64,000 bases of DNA from an uncultured Gammaproteobacteria bacterium (GCA_963810615.1 CAWEOA010000002.1:654515-718514); one strand, 5' to 3'. Counted from the first letter of the stretch, positions 41,020 to 53,523 are shown. Notes: a model not told the origin generated them from the sequence alone. Numbers and translations are program-made.

Positions 41020-42245
41020 TTGCCGGTACCGACTTTATCACCCTCGCCCGCGACCAAGGTCTCCAGCCCGGGAGGTAGACCGCGCGCCCGCATCCAGCGT
41101 TCTTCCAGTATTGAAACCGGAGGCAGGAGCAGAAACGTAGCGAAGTACACAAAGGTGGCGGCACGACCAACGACCACCAATACGCCGCTGGGAGGATGGG
41201 CGCCCACATAGCTCAACACCGCCACGTCAACGATGAATACAAAAAACGCCAGACGATACAGCGGCCGGAAGCGTGCGCCGCCGGGCAGCTTGGAACGATC
41301 CAGGTAAGGCATGCCCGCAAAGATCAGGATGGACATTACCATGGCCACCACCCCGCCCAAGGTGTCGGGGATAGCTCGGAGAATGGCGTAGAACGGCAGA
41401 AAATACCATTCCGGCACAATGTGGGGCGGAGTCTGCATGGGATTGGCGGGCACGTTGTTGATCGCCTCCATGAAGAAATCCGGTTTGAAAAACACAAAGG
41501 CGCAAAACACGATGAGAAACACGCCCAAGCCATAGAAGTCCTTGCTGGTGAAATAGGGATGAAACGGGATGTTGTCCTTGTCGGCCAGATTGATCCCGGA
41601 AGGATTACTGCTTCTAACCGCATGCAGCGCCACCAGGTGAATAAACACCATACCCAGGATTATGAACGGCACCAGATAATGCAGGGCAAAGAAGCGGTTG
41701 AGAGTGGCATCGCTAACCGTAAAATCGCCGCGCAACCACAATACCAGTTGATCACCGAACCACGGCGTGGCGCGGAACAAACTGGTGATGACTTGGGCGC
41801 CCCAATAGGACATCTGCCCCCAGGGCAGGAGATAACCCATAAAGGCTGTAGCCATCAGCATCAACAACAATATCTGGCCGCTCCACCACAACAATTCCCG
41901 CGGCGCGCGGTAGGAACCGTAATAAAGCGTACGCGCCATATGAATATAGATCACGATGAAAAACGCGGAGGCGCCGATGGCATGGAGGTAGCGCAGCAAC
42001 CAGCCGTAATTCACCTCGCGCATGATGTATTGCACCGAATCGAAGGCCAGATGAATATCCGGCTTATAGTGCATGGCGAGAAATACGCCACTCACGATTT
42101 GCAATACCAAAACAATGCCGGCGAGAAACCCGAAATTCCACCAGTAGCTCAGATTACGGGGCGTAGGATATTCGGTAAGCTCGTGTTTAACGAAAGAACT
42201 CAGCGGAAAGCGCTGGTCTATCCAGGCAATGACACGATTGGCCAT
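41016..42245 (-). CDS. petB: cytochrome b of the bc1 complex
   Basis: It has the WIDQRFP start region, conserved His pairs in helices B and D, and about 8 TM helices. A GGAG SD precedes the ATG at 42245. Confidence 0.9.
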   Translation of the reverse strand: MANRVIAWIDQRFPLSSFVKHELTEYPTPRNLSYWWNFGFLAGIVLVLQIVSGVFLAMHYKPDIHLAFDSVQYIMREVNYGWLLRYLHAIGASAFFIVIYIHMARTLYYGSYRAPRELLWWSGQILLLMLMATAFMGYLLPWGQMSYWGAQVITSLFRATPWFGDQLVLWLRGDFTVSDATLNRFFALHYLVPFIILGMVFIHLVALHAVRSSNPSGINLADKDNIPFHPYFTSKDFYGLGVFLIVFCAFVFFKPDFFMEAINNVPANPMQTPPHIVPEWYFLPFYAILRAIPDTLGGVVAMVMSILIFAGMPYLDRSKLPGGARFRPLYRLAFFVFIVDVAVLSYVGAHPPSGVLVVVGRAATFVYFATFLLLPPVSILEERWMRARGLPPGLETLVAGEGDKVGTGK

Positions 42246-42259
42246 GGTCGACTCCCTGT

Positions 42260-42763
42260 TCAACCGATGATGATTTTGTCGTCGGCAGCAAAATGATAAG
42301 GCGGCACATCGAGATTACGCGGCGCCGGCCCTGAAATGATTCTTCCGCTGTTATCGTAGACACTGCCGTGGCAGGGGCATAACCAGCCCTTTGCGGTCTT
42401 ATTCGGCACACAGCCGAGATGGGTGCAGATGCCCACCACTACCAACCAATCGGGATTTTTTACGCGCGCCGCATCGGGCTGCGGGTCCTTGCCGCCCTGG
42501 GACTTTTCCATAGCGGCAATCTCCTCCTGAGTGCGATGGAAGAGAAAAATCGGCTCACCCCGCCATGGCACGGTATGCACCGCACCGGGAGCGACACCTT
42601 GAAGATCGACCTCCGTCACCGCCTCCGACTTGACCGAAGGGGTAGGGTTCATGCTGCTGATGAAAGGCCAGCACGCCCCCGCCGCGCCCGCCACCCCGAG
42701 GATGGTGGTCGAGGTAATGAGAAAATCTCGTCGTTCTGGGTCAACTTTATCTTGGTCCGACAT
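42260..42763 (-). CDS. petA: ubiquinol-cytochrome c reductase Rieske iron-sulfur subunit
   Basis: It has the twin-arginine-like RRDFL N-terminus, a TM anchor, and the Rieske boxes CTHLGC and CPCHGS. Confidence 0.9.
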   Translation of the reverse strand: MSDQDKVDPERRDFLITSTTILGVAGAAGACWPFISSMNPTPSVKSEAVTEVDLQGVAPGAVHTVPWRGEPIFLFHRTQEEIAAMEKSQGGKDPQPDAARVKNPDWLVVVGICTHLGCVPNKTAKGWLCPCHGSVYDNSGRIISGPAPRNLDVPPYHFAADDKIIIG

Positions 42764-43276
42764 CTGAGAACTTCCTATCCATGTATTGGAACAATATTCA
42801 CGGAGAAGCTAGCTACTCCATCCAATGACGCATTTCGACTTTTCTGGCGCCAACTATACACCTTCTACCTTTACTTGATAATCGCGTACATCATACTGGG
42901 CAAAATTTGCGCCACTAATCATTCTCTGCTCCATACGACCTATCTCAAAATGTAAATTCAGGCCAAAATCCGCTGAAGGCTCACACCAAACATCAATAAT
43001 TCTCGGAAAATACGGCAATTGCAGCAGGATATGGCCGCCGCCACAAATTCAATTTTCAGGCAGGCTCGAATGATGATTCGCTGCAAATTGTCACAAATGA
43101 GGTAGCTCTCATTGGGTGCGGAAGTGCACCAAAAAGTTTCATCCGGCAAGACGATATTATTCGACTTCGATATCAAAAATGCGACGCTGCTCGCTGAGCG
43201 CATAGCAGAGATACATGGAGAGCATGGGCAACGATGATTTACACCACTTTTCTCTACCCTATGAGACTAAAAATGC

Positions 43277-43597
43277 TCAGTCCCAGCGCGCGTCGCGCAC
43301 TTGGATCATCCCTTCGTAAATTCGGACAGGAAAGGTAGGAATTGCCTCGTAGGCGGGCGGGGCTGTCACGGCGCCGGTTTTGATGCAGAACCGCGCTCCA
43401 TGGCGCGGGCAGATGATTTCATCGCCCTCTAACTTGGCATCGGCTAAAGGTGCATAGTCGTGGGTGCAGACGTCTTCGATGGCATAGTATTCGCCCTCCA
43501 GGTTGAACACCGCGATTTGGACATCATCGACATCCACGATACGCCGGTCTCCCGGTGAAAGCTCTGCTATTTTCGCGACATCGACCCAATCGGACAT
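43277..43597 (-). CDS. small Rieske [2Fe-2S] ferredoxin (NirD-like)
   Basis: The 106-aa product has the CTH...CPRHG Rieske cluster ligands. It is the last gene of the suf operon. Confidence 0.8.
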   Translation of the reverse strand: MSDWVDVAKIAELSPGDRRIVDVDDVQIAVFNLEGEYYAIEDVCTHDYAPLADAKLEGDEIICPRHGARFCIKTGAVTAPPAYEAIPTFPVRIYEGMIQVRDARWD

Positions 43598-43648
43598 AAA
43601 TTAGCTTTCAACACTGAGCACTCAGCTAAAAGCTGATGGCTGACGGCC

Positions 43649-44200
43649 TCATAACAATCCTGCCTGCAACTTGGCCGCTTCGGTCATGCGACTCTGATCC
43701 CAGGGCGGTTCGAAGACCACCTCGACATGGGCATCGGTGACGTTGGGCACGGTCTTGACCTTGTTGGCGACGTCGGCTTGCAGGATGGGACCCATGCCGC
43801 AACCCGGCGCAGTGAGGGTCATCTTGATATCGACGCGATTGCCGCCTTCGGGCAGCGGGACGACCTTGCAATCGTAGATCAGACCCAGCTCCACGATATT
43901 GATGGCGATCTCAGGGTCGTAACAGGTGGCGAGCTGCTGCCAGATCAATTGTTCATCGACGGCACCACCGGCAGTAGTCTCGTTCTCTTCGAACTCATAC
44001 TGCGTCGGGGTCTTGCCCAGAGCGTCGGCGTCTTTGCCATCGATACGCACCAGACTGCCTTCGACATAGCAGGTGTAGCTGCCGCCCAGGGATTGGGTAA
44101 TGGTCACCTGTTGTCCCGCCGGCAAGGTGATGGGCGTCCCCTCCGGGATAAGAACGGCGGGACAATCTCTGGTCAGCGATACGATTTCATTGGCCTGCAT
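43649..44200 (-). CDS. sufT: Fe-S cluster assembly protein SufT (DUF59/MIP18 family)
   Basis: It has the DUF59 core CYDPEIAINIVELGLIY...TLTAPGCGMG. The ATG at 44200 is preceded by GGAG. Confidence 0.75.
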   Translation of the reverse strand: MQANEIVSLTRDCPAVLIPEGTPITLPAGQQVTITQSLGGSYTCYVEGSLVRIDGKDADALGKTPTQYEFEENETTAGGAVDEQLIWQQLATCYDPEIAINIVELGLIYDCKVVPLPEGGNRVDIKMTLTAPGCGMGPILQADVANKVKTVPNVTDAHVEVVFEPPWDQSRMTEAAKLQAGLL

Positions 44201-44205
44201 CGCGC

Positions 44206-44652
44206 TTACTCCGTTGATGCCGTTTCCTGGTTGTGCAGGGCCGCTTCCAGAGTGTGCCAGGCCAGAGTGGCGCACTTGACCCGCGCCGGATAATCGCGCA
44301 CGCCGGTAAGCACACTGAGCTTGCCCAGCTCAGGGCCTTCCGTGTCATTGCCGTCTTCCGTCACCACCGCATGGAACTTGCGAAACAAGGCCTCGGCATC
44401 GGCCACCTTCATGCCCTTGAGCCGCTCGGTCATCAGCGAGGCGGAGGCGGTGGAGATGGCGCAACCCATGCCTTCGAAGCGCACATCGGCGATAACATCG
44501 CCGTCTATCCTGAGATAGAGGCTGAGTTTGTCGCCGCACAAGGGATTATTGCCGTCGGCATGACGATTGGAGTCCTCCAGCTTGCCGAAGTTGCGCGGAT
44601 GGCGGTTGTGATCGAAGATCACTTCTTGATAGAGCTCACGCAGGTCAGACAC
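44206..44652 (-). CDS. sufU: SUF-system NifU-family Fe-S assembly/sulfur-acceptor protein SufU
   Basis: The 148-aa product has three conserved Cys ([22 protein letters not shown]), which is the SufU/IscU-like scaffold pattern. Confidence 0.8.
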   Translation of the reverse strand: MSDLRELYQEVIFDHNRHPRNFGKLEDSNRHADGNNPLCGDKLSLYLRIDGDVIADVRFEGMGCAISTASASLMTERLKGMKVADAEALFRKFHAVVTEDGNDTEGPELGKLSVLTGVRDYPARVKCATLAWHTLEAALHNQETASTE

Positions 44653-45904
44653 GGAACACCTCTTTCACCTTGATGACCGCTGCAAGCAAGCGGTCGATGT
44701 CATCGCGGGTATTGTATAAAGCCAGGGAGGCGCGCGCCGTGGCCGGCACGGCAAAGTGATCCATCACCGGCATGGCGCAATGATGGCCGGTACGGATGGC
44801 GACGCCCTCATGGTCGAGGATGGTGCCGATGTCGTGGGGATGCACCCCGTCCATCACGAAGGACAAGATACCGGCCTTGTGGCGGGCCGTACCGATGAGA
44901 CGCACACCCGGGATTTCCAGCGCGCGGGCGGTAGCGTAGCGCAACAGTTCGTCTTCCCAGGCGGCGATGGCCTGCAACCCGATATTCGATACGTAATCGA
45001 TGGCCGCTCCCAGACCGATGCCGCCGGCAATATGCGGTGTGCCGGCCTCGAACTTATAGGGCAGCGCGTTGTATTCGGTCTTGGTGAACGTGACGGAACG
45101 AATCATGTCACCGCCACCCTGATAGGGGGGCATCGTCTCCAACAATGCGGCCTTGCCATACAGCGCGCCGCTGCCGGTAGGCGCATAGAGCTTGTGGCCG
45201 GAGAACACATAGAACTCGCAATCCAGGGCCTGCACATCCACCGCCACATGCGGCACCGCCTGGGCGCCGTCCAGCAGTACCGGCACCCCCTGGGCATGGG
45301 CCGCCGCAATGATTTCCTCCACGGGATTAATCGTACCCAAGGCGTTGGACACATGAACCACTGCCACCAATTTAGTACGCACGCTCAACAAACGATGAAA
45401 ATCATCGAGCAGCAGTTCACCTGTATCGTCGATGGGCACCACCTTCAACACCGCCCCGGTCTGCTCGCACACCATCTGCCACGGCACGATATTGGAATGG
45501 TGTTCCATCTCGGTAATGAGGATCTCGTCGCCGGGCTTGAGGCGCGGCCGCGCATAACTTTGCGCCACCAGATTGATGGCCTCGGTGGCGCCGCGCACGA
45601 ACACGATCTCGCGACGGTCGGCGGCGTTGAGGAATTGCTTAACCTTGTCGCGCCCCCCTTCATAAGCAGCGGTGGCGCGCTCGCTCAGGGTATGCACGCC
45701 ACGATGGATGTTGGCGTTGTCCGCGCTGTAATAATGGTCCAGCGCAGCGATGACCTGGCTGGGCTTTTGACTGGTGGCGGCATTGTCCAGATAGACCAGG
45801 GGCTTGCCATGCACTTCTTGATGCAGGATGGGAAAATCGCGGCGAATACGCTCCACATCATCACTACTCAGGCTGGGCGATGTTGATTGCAGTACGCTGC
45901 TCAT
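44645..45904 (-). CDS. sufS: cysteine desulfurase SufS
   Basis: It is a class II aminotransferase-V fold. The PLP lysine is in HVSNALG...[10 protein letters not shown], and the active-site Cys is in the motif RTGHHCAMP. Confidence 0.9.
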   Translation of the reverse strand: MSSVLQSTSPSLSSDDVERIRRDFPILHQEVHGKPLVYLDNAATSQKPSQVIAALDHYYSADNANIHRGVHTLSERATAAYEGGRDKVKQFLNAADRREIVFVRGATEAINLVAQSYARPRLKPGDEILITEMEHHSNIVPWQMVCEQTGAVLKVVPIDDTGELLLDDFHRLLSVRTKLVAVVHVSNALGTINPVEEIIAAAHAQGVPVLLDGAQAVPHVAVDVQALDCEFYVFSGHKLYAPTGSGALYGKAALLETMPPYQGGGDMIRSVTFTKTEYNALPYKFEAGTPHIAGGIGLGAAIDYVSNIGLQAIAAWEDELLRYATARALEIPGVRLIGTARHKAGILSFVMDGVHPHDIGTILDHEGVAIRTGHHCAMPVMDHFAVPATARASLALYNTRDDIDRLLAAVIKVKEVFRV

Positions 45905-47244
45905 GGCCTATCCTCGCCCCATGCGCCCTGCGGTAAACGCCGCATCACCGCCTGGTCGAGGTGGCTGCGCAAGGCCGGCACCTTAACCTGTTCGATGATC
46001 TCGCGCGCGAAGGCCAAGGTCAGCAAATTACGCGCAGCAGCTTCATCGATGCCGCGGGAACGCAGATAAAACACCGCGTCGGCATCCAGCTGTCCGACGG
46101 TGGCTCCATGGGAACACTTGACGTCATCGGCATATATCTCCAATTCCGGCTTGGTGTCCGCCTCGGCATCGTCGGACAGCAGCAGGTTCTTATTGGACTG
46201 GCGGGCGTCGGTCTTCTGCGCGTCGGGATGCACGACCACCTTGCCGTTGAACACACTGCGACCGTGACCGTCCAGGATACCTTTGTAAAATTCGTTGCTG
46301 GTGCCATGAGCTTGAAGATGATCGATACGGGTGTGAACATCCACATGCTGGCGACCGCCTGCCAGGTACAAGCCGTTCAGACTGCAGGAGGCGCCCGATG
46401 CCGCCAGGCGCACATCCACATCGTTGCGCACCAAAGCACTGCCCAGCGTAACGGTGTGGGTGTCAAAGCGGCTGTCACGTTCCTGATGAACATGCACGCC
46501 GCTGATGTGGAAGGCCTTGGTGCTTTCCTCCTGCAGACGGTAATACTCGACGGCGGCATTCTTGCCCAGCGCAATTTCGCTGATGACATTGCTGAAGTAC
46601 ACCGCATCATCAAGGGCGACATGACGTTCGACCAGCACAACATGGCTGTTCTCGTCCGCCTTCACCATCACCCGCGAATGACTGGCGCGTCCATCATGCG
46701 CCGCCGTGGTGATGAACACCGCATGGATAGGCTGCTCCACCACCACGCCACTAGCGAGAGACAGATAGACGCCGTCATCGGCAAATGCGGTATTCAATGC
46801 GGCGAATGGGTGACGGTCCATATCAAGCACGCCACCCAGCAAACCTTCCAGTTCATCAGGGCGCTGACGCAAAACGTCATTGAGGCTGAGCACCTCCACC
46901 CCGCCGCCCAGCGCATCCGCTCGGGACAAGGCGGGGAAATAGCGGCCGTTGATAAACACCAGGCGCTGCGCGGCGCCTTCGACGCGCAGCAACTCCTCCA
47001 TCCTCGCCATATCCACCGCGAATTCAGCGCCAGGACCACAGCTGAAGTTACGCTTTTCGATGGCGGCGGTTCGGGTATATTTCCATTCCTCATCGCGCTG
47101 AGTCGGAAAGCCGCGCGCCAGGAAACTCGTAATGGCCTTACGGCGCAATTCCCGCAGCCACGGCGACGTGTGTCCCGCCAAACCGGCGGCGACCCGTTCG
47201 AATTCGGCGGCATAATGCTCTTTGGTTTGTATTACGGCGTTCAT
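45901..47244 (-). CDS. sufD: Fe-S cluster assembly protein SufD
   Basis: It lies between sufC and sufS and has the C-terminal beta-helix region homologous to SufB. The length is 447 aa. Confidence 0.85.
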   Translation of the reverse strand: MNAVIQTKEHYAAEFERVAAGLAGHTSPWLRELRRKAITSFLARGFPTQRDEEWKYTRTAAIEKRNFSCGPGAEFAVDMARMEELLRVEGAAQRLVFINGRYFPALSRADALGGGVEVLSLNDVLRQRPDELEGLLGGVLDMDRHPFAALNTAFADDGVYLSLASGVVVEQPIHAVFITTAAHDGRASHSRVMVKADENSHVVLVERHVALDDAVYFSNVISEIALGKNAAVEYYRLQEESTKAFHISGVHVHQERDSRFDTHTVTLGSALVRNDVDVRLAASGASCSLNGLYLAGGRQHVDVHTRIDHLQAHGTSNEFYKGILDGHGRSVFNGKVVVHPDAQKTDARQSNKNLLLSDDAEADTKPELEIYADDVKCSHGATVGQLDADAVFYLRSRGIDEAAARNLLTLAFAREIIEQVKVPALRSHLDQAVMRRLPQGAWGEDRP

Positions 47245-47275
47245 ATCACGGCGATCCCCATCGTTGGTTGCCAGC

Positions 47276-48031
<756 letters not shown>

Positions 48032-48136
48032 GTCACTCGTCTTCTCTATCAAAGCTGTCAGCCATCAGCTGTCAGCATTCAGTAAAAATATATACAAGCA
48101 GCAATTAGCCGATAGCTAACGGCTGATTGCTATTAA

Positions 48137-49579
48137 TCACCCTACGCTGCCTTCCAGACTCACGCCCAACAGATTCTGGGCCTCCACGGCGAACTCCATG
48201 GGCAGCTCCTTGATCACCTCTTTACAGAAACCGTTGACGATCATGGACACCGCATCCTCAGCGCTCAGCCCGCGCTGCCTGCAATAGAACAATTGATCCT
48301 CGCTGATCTTGGATGTTGTGGCTTCGTGTTCCACCTGGGCGGTGTGATTTTTGGCCTCGATATAGGGAAAGGTATGGGCGCCGCACTTATCGCCCAGCAA
48401 CAACGAGTCGCACTGGGTATAGTTGCGCGCGCCCTCGGCGCTTTTCAGGATCTTCACCAGGCCGCGGTAGGCGTTCTGTCCGTGACCGGCGGAGATGCCC
48501 TTGGACACGATGGTGCTACGGGTGTTCTTGCCGATATGGATCATCTTGGTGCCGGTGTCGGCCTGTTGATAGTTATTGGTCAAGGCCACCGAATAAAACT
48601 CGCCTACCGAATTGTCGCCTTCCAGGACACAGCTGGGGTATTTCCAGGTGATGGCGGAACCGGTCTCCACCTGGGTCCAGGCGATCTTGGAATTGTCGCC
48701 GCGGCAATGGCCGCGCTTGGTGACGAAGTTATAGATACCGCCTTTGCCCTCGGCGTCACCGGGATACCAGTTCTGCACCGTGGAATACTTGATCTCGGCA
48801 TTCTTGAGGGCTACCAGCTCTACCACTGCGGCATGCAACTGGTTCTCGTCGCGCATCGGCGCGGTGCAGCCTTCCAGATAACTCACATGGGCGCCTTCGT
48901 CGGCGATGATTAGAGTCCGTTCGAACTGGCCGGTGCTGGCGGCATTGATGCGGAAATAGGTGGACAATTCCATAGGGCAGCGCACACCCTTGGGTATGTA
49001 GACAAAGGAACCGTCGCTGAACACTGCGGAATTGAGCGCTGCATAAAAATTGTCGCCGGGCGGCACCACCGTGCCCAGGTATTGCTGGATCAGCTCCGGA
49101 TACTTGTGCACCGCCTCGGAAAAGGGACAGAAGATCACACCCTTTTCGCCGAGTTTTTCTTTGAAGGTGGTGGCCACCGACACACTATCGAACACCGCAT
49201 CCACCGCCACCCCGGCGAGGCGCGCCCGCTCGTGGAGCGGAACGCCCAGCTTTTCGTAGGTACGCAGCAATTCGGGATCGACCTCGTCCAGACTCTTGGG
49301 ACCGTCCTTCTTCTTCGGCGCCGAGAAATAGCTGATGGCCTGATAATCGATGGGCGGATAGTGGACATGGGCCCAGGCCGGGTGGGTCATGGACTGCCAA
49401 TGGCGAAAGGCCTTGAGACGCCACTCCAGCATGAACTCCGGCTCGTTCTTCTTCGCCGAAATCGCGCGCACCACATCTTCATCCAGGCCGGGCGGCAGGG
49501 TGTCGGACTCGATGTCGGTAAAGAAGCCGTGTTTGTATTCCCGGCTTACCAGGTCGTCGATGGGCTGGGTCTTAGCCAT
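48137..49579 (-). CDS. sufB: Fe-S cluster assembly scaffold SufB
   Basis: The 480-aa product starts [19 protein letters not shown] and is highly conserved with SufB proteins. Confidence 0.92.
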   Translation of the reverse strand: MAKTQPIDDLVSREYKHGFFTDIESDTLPPGLDEDVVRAISAKKNEPEFMLEWRLKAFRHWQSMTHPAWAHVHYPPIDYQAISYFSAPKKKDGPKSLDEVDPELLRTYEKLGVPLHERARLAGVAVDAVFDSVSVATTFKEKLGEKGVIFCPFSEAVHKYPELIQQYLGTVVPPGDNFYAALNSAVFSDGSFVYIPKGVRCPMELSTYFRINAASTGQFERTLIIADEGAHVSYLEGCTAPMRDENQLHAAVVELVALKNAEIKYSTVQNWYPGDAEGKGGIYNFVTKRGHCRGDNSKIAWTQVETGSAITWKYPSCVLEGDNSVGEFYSVALTNNYQQADTGTKMIHIGKNTRSTIVSKGISAGHGQNAYRGLVKILKSAEGARNYTQCDSLLLGDKCGAHTFPYIEAKNHTAQVEHEATTSKISEDQLFYCRQRGLSAEDAVSMIVNGFCKEVIKELPMEFAVEAQNLLGVSLEGSVG

Positions 49580-49597
49580 AAACTTTAACTCCGATTC

Positions 49598-50056
49598 TCA
49601 AATACCTTCGGCGCGGGACAGCGTATCCGGCTCGGTGAAGCGCAAGGGCTGCGCCATGGGGCGCGCCAAATCCGCCAGTGTTACCCGCTCCAGTGCCTCG
49701 CGTACCGCCTTGTTGATGAGCTGCCAATTGCCGCGCACCGAACACTGTGTCTCCTGGCCGCATAGCCCCACGGAGTCACTACACTCGGTCAACGCAATAG
49801 GCCCTTCGATAGCCGATATGATTTGCGCCACCGAAATCTCCTCGGGTGCGGCGGCGAGGCTGTAACCGCCCTTGGCGCCGCGATGGGATACCAATAAACC
49901 ATGCTGTACCAAGGCCTTCAACACCTTGCTCACCGTGGGCAGCGCCAAGCCCAACTCGGCGGCGAGCTCATTGGCGCTGTGCAGACGCTGCGGCTGCCGG
50001 GCGAACGAGGTCATTACCACCGTCCCGTAATCAGTCAATTTTCCTACTCGCAGCAT
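49598..50056 (-). CDS. iscR: Rrf2-family transcriptional regulator (IscR/SufR-like)
   Basis: It has an N-terminal wHTH (LTDYGTVVMTSFAR...LPTVSKVLKALVQHGLL) and three clustered Cys (C...CxxxxxC) for an Fe-S cluster. It is the first gene of the suf operon. Confidence 0.85.
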   Translation of the reverse strand: MLRVGKLTDYGTVVMTSFARQPQRLHSANELAAELGLALPTVSKVLKALVQHGLLVSHRGAKGGYSLAAAPEEISVAQIISAIEGPIALTECSDSVGLCGQETQCSVRGNWQLINKAVREALERVTLADLARPMAQPLRFTEPDTLSRAEGI

Positions 50057-50067
50057 GAGCGGCCACC

Positions 50068-50096
50068 CGTCAAATCATACTGGACTATTTTGGTAC
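50068..50096 (-). promoter_or_regulatory. candidate IscR-type operator upstream of iscR-suf
   Basis: Read on the minus strand the site is atagtccagtatgatttgacgggtgg, which loosely resembles the IscR type-1 consensus ATASYYGACTRwwwYAGTCRRSTAT. Confidence 0.25.
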
Positions 50097-50201
50097 TAAT
50101 TAAATCTGGCGTCAACTCCCTATTTGTTTGAGGAAATCTTTACCGTTGGCGGAAATCCGCAGATTGCAGCCGCAGAGAAAGCGGGTTAACTTAGCAGCAA
50201 G

Positions 50202-51059
50202 ATGCCCGCAGCAACGACCATCATGAACGCCAAACCCCTGACCGGCCGTACTATTGCTATCCCCGAGAGCCGGGAACTCGACCTCTTCGCGCAAATATTG
50301 GAAACCCGGGGCGCGATCACGGTGCGCTGCCCGCTGGTAAGCATCCTTGATGCGCCCGACCAGGAACCCATCATCGCCTGGCTTCGGCAGCTCGCCGCAG
50401 GCCACTTCGACGATCTGATATTGCTCACCGGGGAGGGCCTGAGACGCTTGCTCGGCACCGCGGAACGCGCCGGCATCCAAGAGGCGGTCATCGCGGCCCT
50501 GAGTAACACGAGGAAGATCACCCGCGGCCCGAAGCCGGCACGCGCCTTGCGCGACATTGGCTTGCGCCATGACCTGGCGGCGGAACAACCCACCACCGAG
50601 GGCGTCATCGCCGCCTTGGCCAAGCTGGACCTCACAGGGCGCAAGCTCGGCGTGCAACTCTACGGCTCGGAACCCAATCTCCCGCTCATCGCATTCATCC
50701 GCGAATCCGGCGCGACGGCGTTTCCGGTGGCGCCTTATGTCTATGCGAACCAGGCCGACGACCGCAAGGTCGTTTCCCTCATCAAACAGCTGACGGCGGG
50801 TGAGATCGACGTCATCGCCTTCACCAGCGCTCAACAAGTCACCCGACTGTATAACGTCGCTGTAGCCAACCACCTCGAAGAATCTCTCAATAATGCCTGG
50901 TCGCTCACCAAAGTCGCCGCCGTAGGCCCTATCGTTGCCGAGGCTTTGCATAGCCACGGCGTGCGTATCGACATGATTCCCGAAGAGAGCTTCTTCATGA
51001 AACCCTTGGTCAATTCCATCGTTGCGGGACTGGGCGCGCCGGCGGCCGGCGATAGCTAA
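50202..51059 (+). CDS. hemD: uroporphyrinogen-III synthase (HemD family)
   Basis: It has a two-lobed architecture with the conserved IAFTSAQQV and VAAVGP..A blocks. The alternative ATG at 50223 is a possible start. Confidence 0.6.
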   Translation: MPAATTIMNAKPLTGRTIAIPESRELDLFAQILETRGAITVRCPLVSILDAPDQEPIIAWLRQLAAGHFDDLILLTGEGLRRLLGTAERAGIQEAVIAALSNTRKITRGPKPARALRDIGLRHDLAAEQPTTEGVIAALAKLDLTGRKLGVQLYGSEPNLPLIAFIRESGATAFPVAPYVYANQADDRKVVSLIKQLTAGEIDVIAFTSAQQVTRLYNVAVANHLEESLNNAWSLTKVAAVGPIVAEALHSHGVRIDMIPEESFFMKPLVNSIVAGLGAPAAGDS

Positions 51060-51190
51060 ACCTCCCGCAAGGAATGCACCTCAGTTGCCGAGTAGCGTGG
51101 GAATTATCGAGATGGATGGTGTCGCGCGGATACTACGGCTGATCTCAAGCCGCCCCGCTTCTAAGAAAAAGGGCGGACGGAAAGCCGCGG

Positions 51191-52042
51191 TCAGTTGAAC
51201 AGGCTTCTTAGTTCCTGCAATTCCTCGCGCACTTCCTCGATGGTTTTGATGGTTTCTTCCGGGGTGAGCCCTAATTTGGCGAAGGCGGGGATCTCCGACC
51301 AGTCCATTTGGGTGAGGTGATGTTGTGTCCCCAGATAGCTGTGCAGGTTGGCGACGATTACCACATCCACGTAGGTCACCTCAGCCCCCTCGCTACGCCA
51401 CAAATCCTCGTGTTGAGAGGTCACCGCCACCAACTCCGGCGAAAAATTCCATTCATCCAGGATAAACGGACCGATGATGGTATGGAGATGTTTGATCACT
51501 TCGTCCAGGGCCTCGGGATCGTTGGCCAACAGCGGATAGGCCTCGGCCCGACGCAGGATAGGCAAGACGCCGATGTCATGAATCAACCCCCCCAGCAAGG
51601 CCTGATCCGGCTGTAGCTGGGTAAAGCGCCGAGCCAGCACATAGCTCAAGGTTGCGACTTTGGCGCTGTGCGACCATAAGGTTTTCAGCCGCTGCTTGGT
51701 CAGTTGGGTACCCTTGGCTTGGTAGAGCTGCTGCATCACCAGGGCGGTGACCAGATTGCGAACTTGCTCGTTACCCAGGCGGGTCACCGCTGTTTGGATG
51801 TTATCGATCTTTTCCTGACCACGATATAAGGGGCTATTTACCACCTTCAAGAGACGCGTGGTCAGCGCCGGATCGACCCCGATTAAACGCGCAATCTGAC
51901 GGTCGGTAGAGTTCGGGTCACTGACCAGCTTACGTACCTGCACGGCCACTTCCGGCAGCGTAGGCAAAACGACCCGATTGCGGTTCAGGTCTTCGAGGAA
52001 ACTGGCAAGAAACTGTTTTTCAACTTTCACGTGTGCCACCAC
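51191..52042 (-). CDS. HDOD-domain signalling protein
   Basis: It has an LPTLPEV...VVNSPLY N-terminus and a GLIHDIG-type HD-related motif. The length is 283 aa. Confidence 0.8.
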   Translation of the reverse strand: MVAHVKVEKQFLASFLEDLNRNRVVLPTLPEVAVQVRKLVSDPNSTDRQIARLIGVDPALTTRLLKVVNSPLYRGQEKIDNIQTAVTRLGNEQVRNLVTALVMQQLYQAKGTQLTKQRLKTLWSHSAKVATLSYVLARRFTQLQPDQALLGGLIHDIGVLPILRRAEAYPLLANDPEALDEVIKHLHTIIGPFILDEWNFSPELVAVTSQHEDLWRSEGAEVTYVDVVIVANLHSYLGTQHHLTQMDWSEIPAFAKLGLTPEETIKTIEEVREELQELRSLFN

Positions 52043-52098
52043 CGATCATAAATTCACACCATTGTATCGACAGCCGTTCACCTTCCTGGAGGTCCGGG

Positions 52099-53514
52099 TC
52101 AACGATGCAAGGCCCGCCCGCCCACCGCCAATGCGGCTTCGTGGATTGCCTCCGATAAGGTGGGATGGGCATGTACGGTGCGGGCGATGTCCTCCGCCGC
52201 GCCGCCGAACTCCATGGCGGTCACCAGCGCACCAATCAATTCAGAGGCATAGGGACCGACAATATGCGCACCCAGGATTCTATCGCTCTTGCTGTCGCTC
52301 AATATTTTCACCAATCCTACGGCATCACCCATGGCATGGGCTCGACCGTTGCCGCTAAAGGGAAAAACGCCGGCGCGAAAATCCGTATTACTGGCTTGCA
52401 GCTGCTGGCTGGTCTTGCCTACCCAGGCGATCTCCGGCCAGGTATAGATCACCCAGGGGATGGTCCCATAGCTCACCTGACTGGCCTGCCCGGCAATGCG
52501 TTCCGCCACCGCCACACCCTCCTCCGACGCCTTGTGGGCCAGCATAGGACCACGCACTACGTCGCCGACGGCATAGACTCCCGGGAGATTGGTGCGACAA
52601 AACTCATCAACGACGATATAACCGTGTTCATCCACGGACAAGCCCACGCCTTCGGCATTAAGACCTTGAGTGCAGGGACGGCGTCCCGTCGCCACCAATA
52701 CCCGATCCACCTTCAGATTCTGCTCGCCCTGCGCATCCCGATAATGCACCGTGACGTGTTTCTTGTTGACCATGACCTTGGCGAGTTTGGCGCCGGGGCG
52801 GATATCCAGACCTTGGGCGGCGAGTTGGCGCTGGGCCTCCTTAGCCAGATCCTCTTCCACCTTGGCAAGCAGGCTTGTGCCACGGTTCAGAATCGTGACC
52901 TCCGCACCTAAACGCCGCCACACGCTGCCCAATTCCAAGGCGATGACGCCGCCGCCGATCACCGCCAGACGCTTCGGCACCTCCGTGAACGCCAAGGCCC
53001 CGCTGGAATCGACGATACGCTCTCCGTCCAAGGGCGCCTCCGCCAAGAACGCCGGCGTAGAACCGGTAGCCACGATGATATGCTTGCTCTCCACCACTCG
53101 CTTGTCGCCGGAGTGAGACTGGATCTCCACCTGATTCTTTGCCAGCAGACGACCACGCCCCTGCAGCCAAGTGATCTTATGCTTGAGGAACAGCGCTTCG
53201 ATGCCGCCGGTGAGCGTGCGCACCACTTTAGTCTTACGCGCCTGCATGGCGGGGATATCGAGTTGCACACCCTTGACGGTGATGCCGTGGTTAGGCAGTC
53301 CGTGCTGTAACTGATGATAGTAATGGGAAGAATCCAGCAGGGCCTTGGACGGAATGCAACCCACATTGAGACAGGTACCGCCTAATGCCGGCTTACCCTC
53401 CTCGGTCCGCCAGTCATCCACGCAGGCGGTGTGCAGCCCCAATTGTGCACAGCGAATGGCGGCCACATAGCCCCCCGGCCCGCCGCCGATCACCACCACA
53501 TCATATCTGTCCAT
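52099..53514 (-). CDS. lpdA: dihydrolipoyl dehydrogenase (E3)
   Basis: It has FAD-binding GGGPGGY, the redox disulfide GGTCLNVGCIPSK and a C-terminal HAHPTLSE motif. Confidence 0.95.
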   Translation of the reverse strand: MDRYDVVVIGGGPGGYVAAIRCAQLGLHTACVDDWRTEEGKPALGGTCLNVGCIPSKALLDSSHYYHQLQHGLPNHGITVKGVQLDIPAMQARKTKVVRTLTGGIEALFLKHKITWLQGRGRLLAKNQVEIQSHSGDKRVVESKHIIVATGSTPAFLAEAPLDGERIVDSSGALAFTEVPKRLAVIGGGVIALELGSVWRRLGAEVTILNRGTSLLAKVEEDLAKEAQRQLAAQGLDIRPGAKLAKVMVNKKHVTVHYRDAQGEQNLKVDRVLVATGRRPCTQGLNAEGVGLSVDEHGYIVVDEFCRTNLPGVYAVGDVVRGPMLAHKASEEGVAVAERIAGQASQVSYGTIPWVIYTWPEIAWVGKTSQQLQASNTDFRAGVFPFSGNGRAHAMGDAVGLVKILSDSKSDRILGAHIVGPYASELIGALVTAMEFGGAAEDIARTVHAHPTLSEAIHEAALAVGGRALHR

Positions 53515-53523
53515 GGCCAGTCC

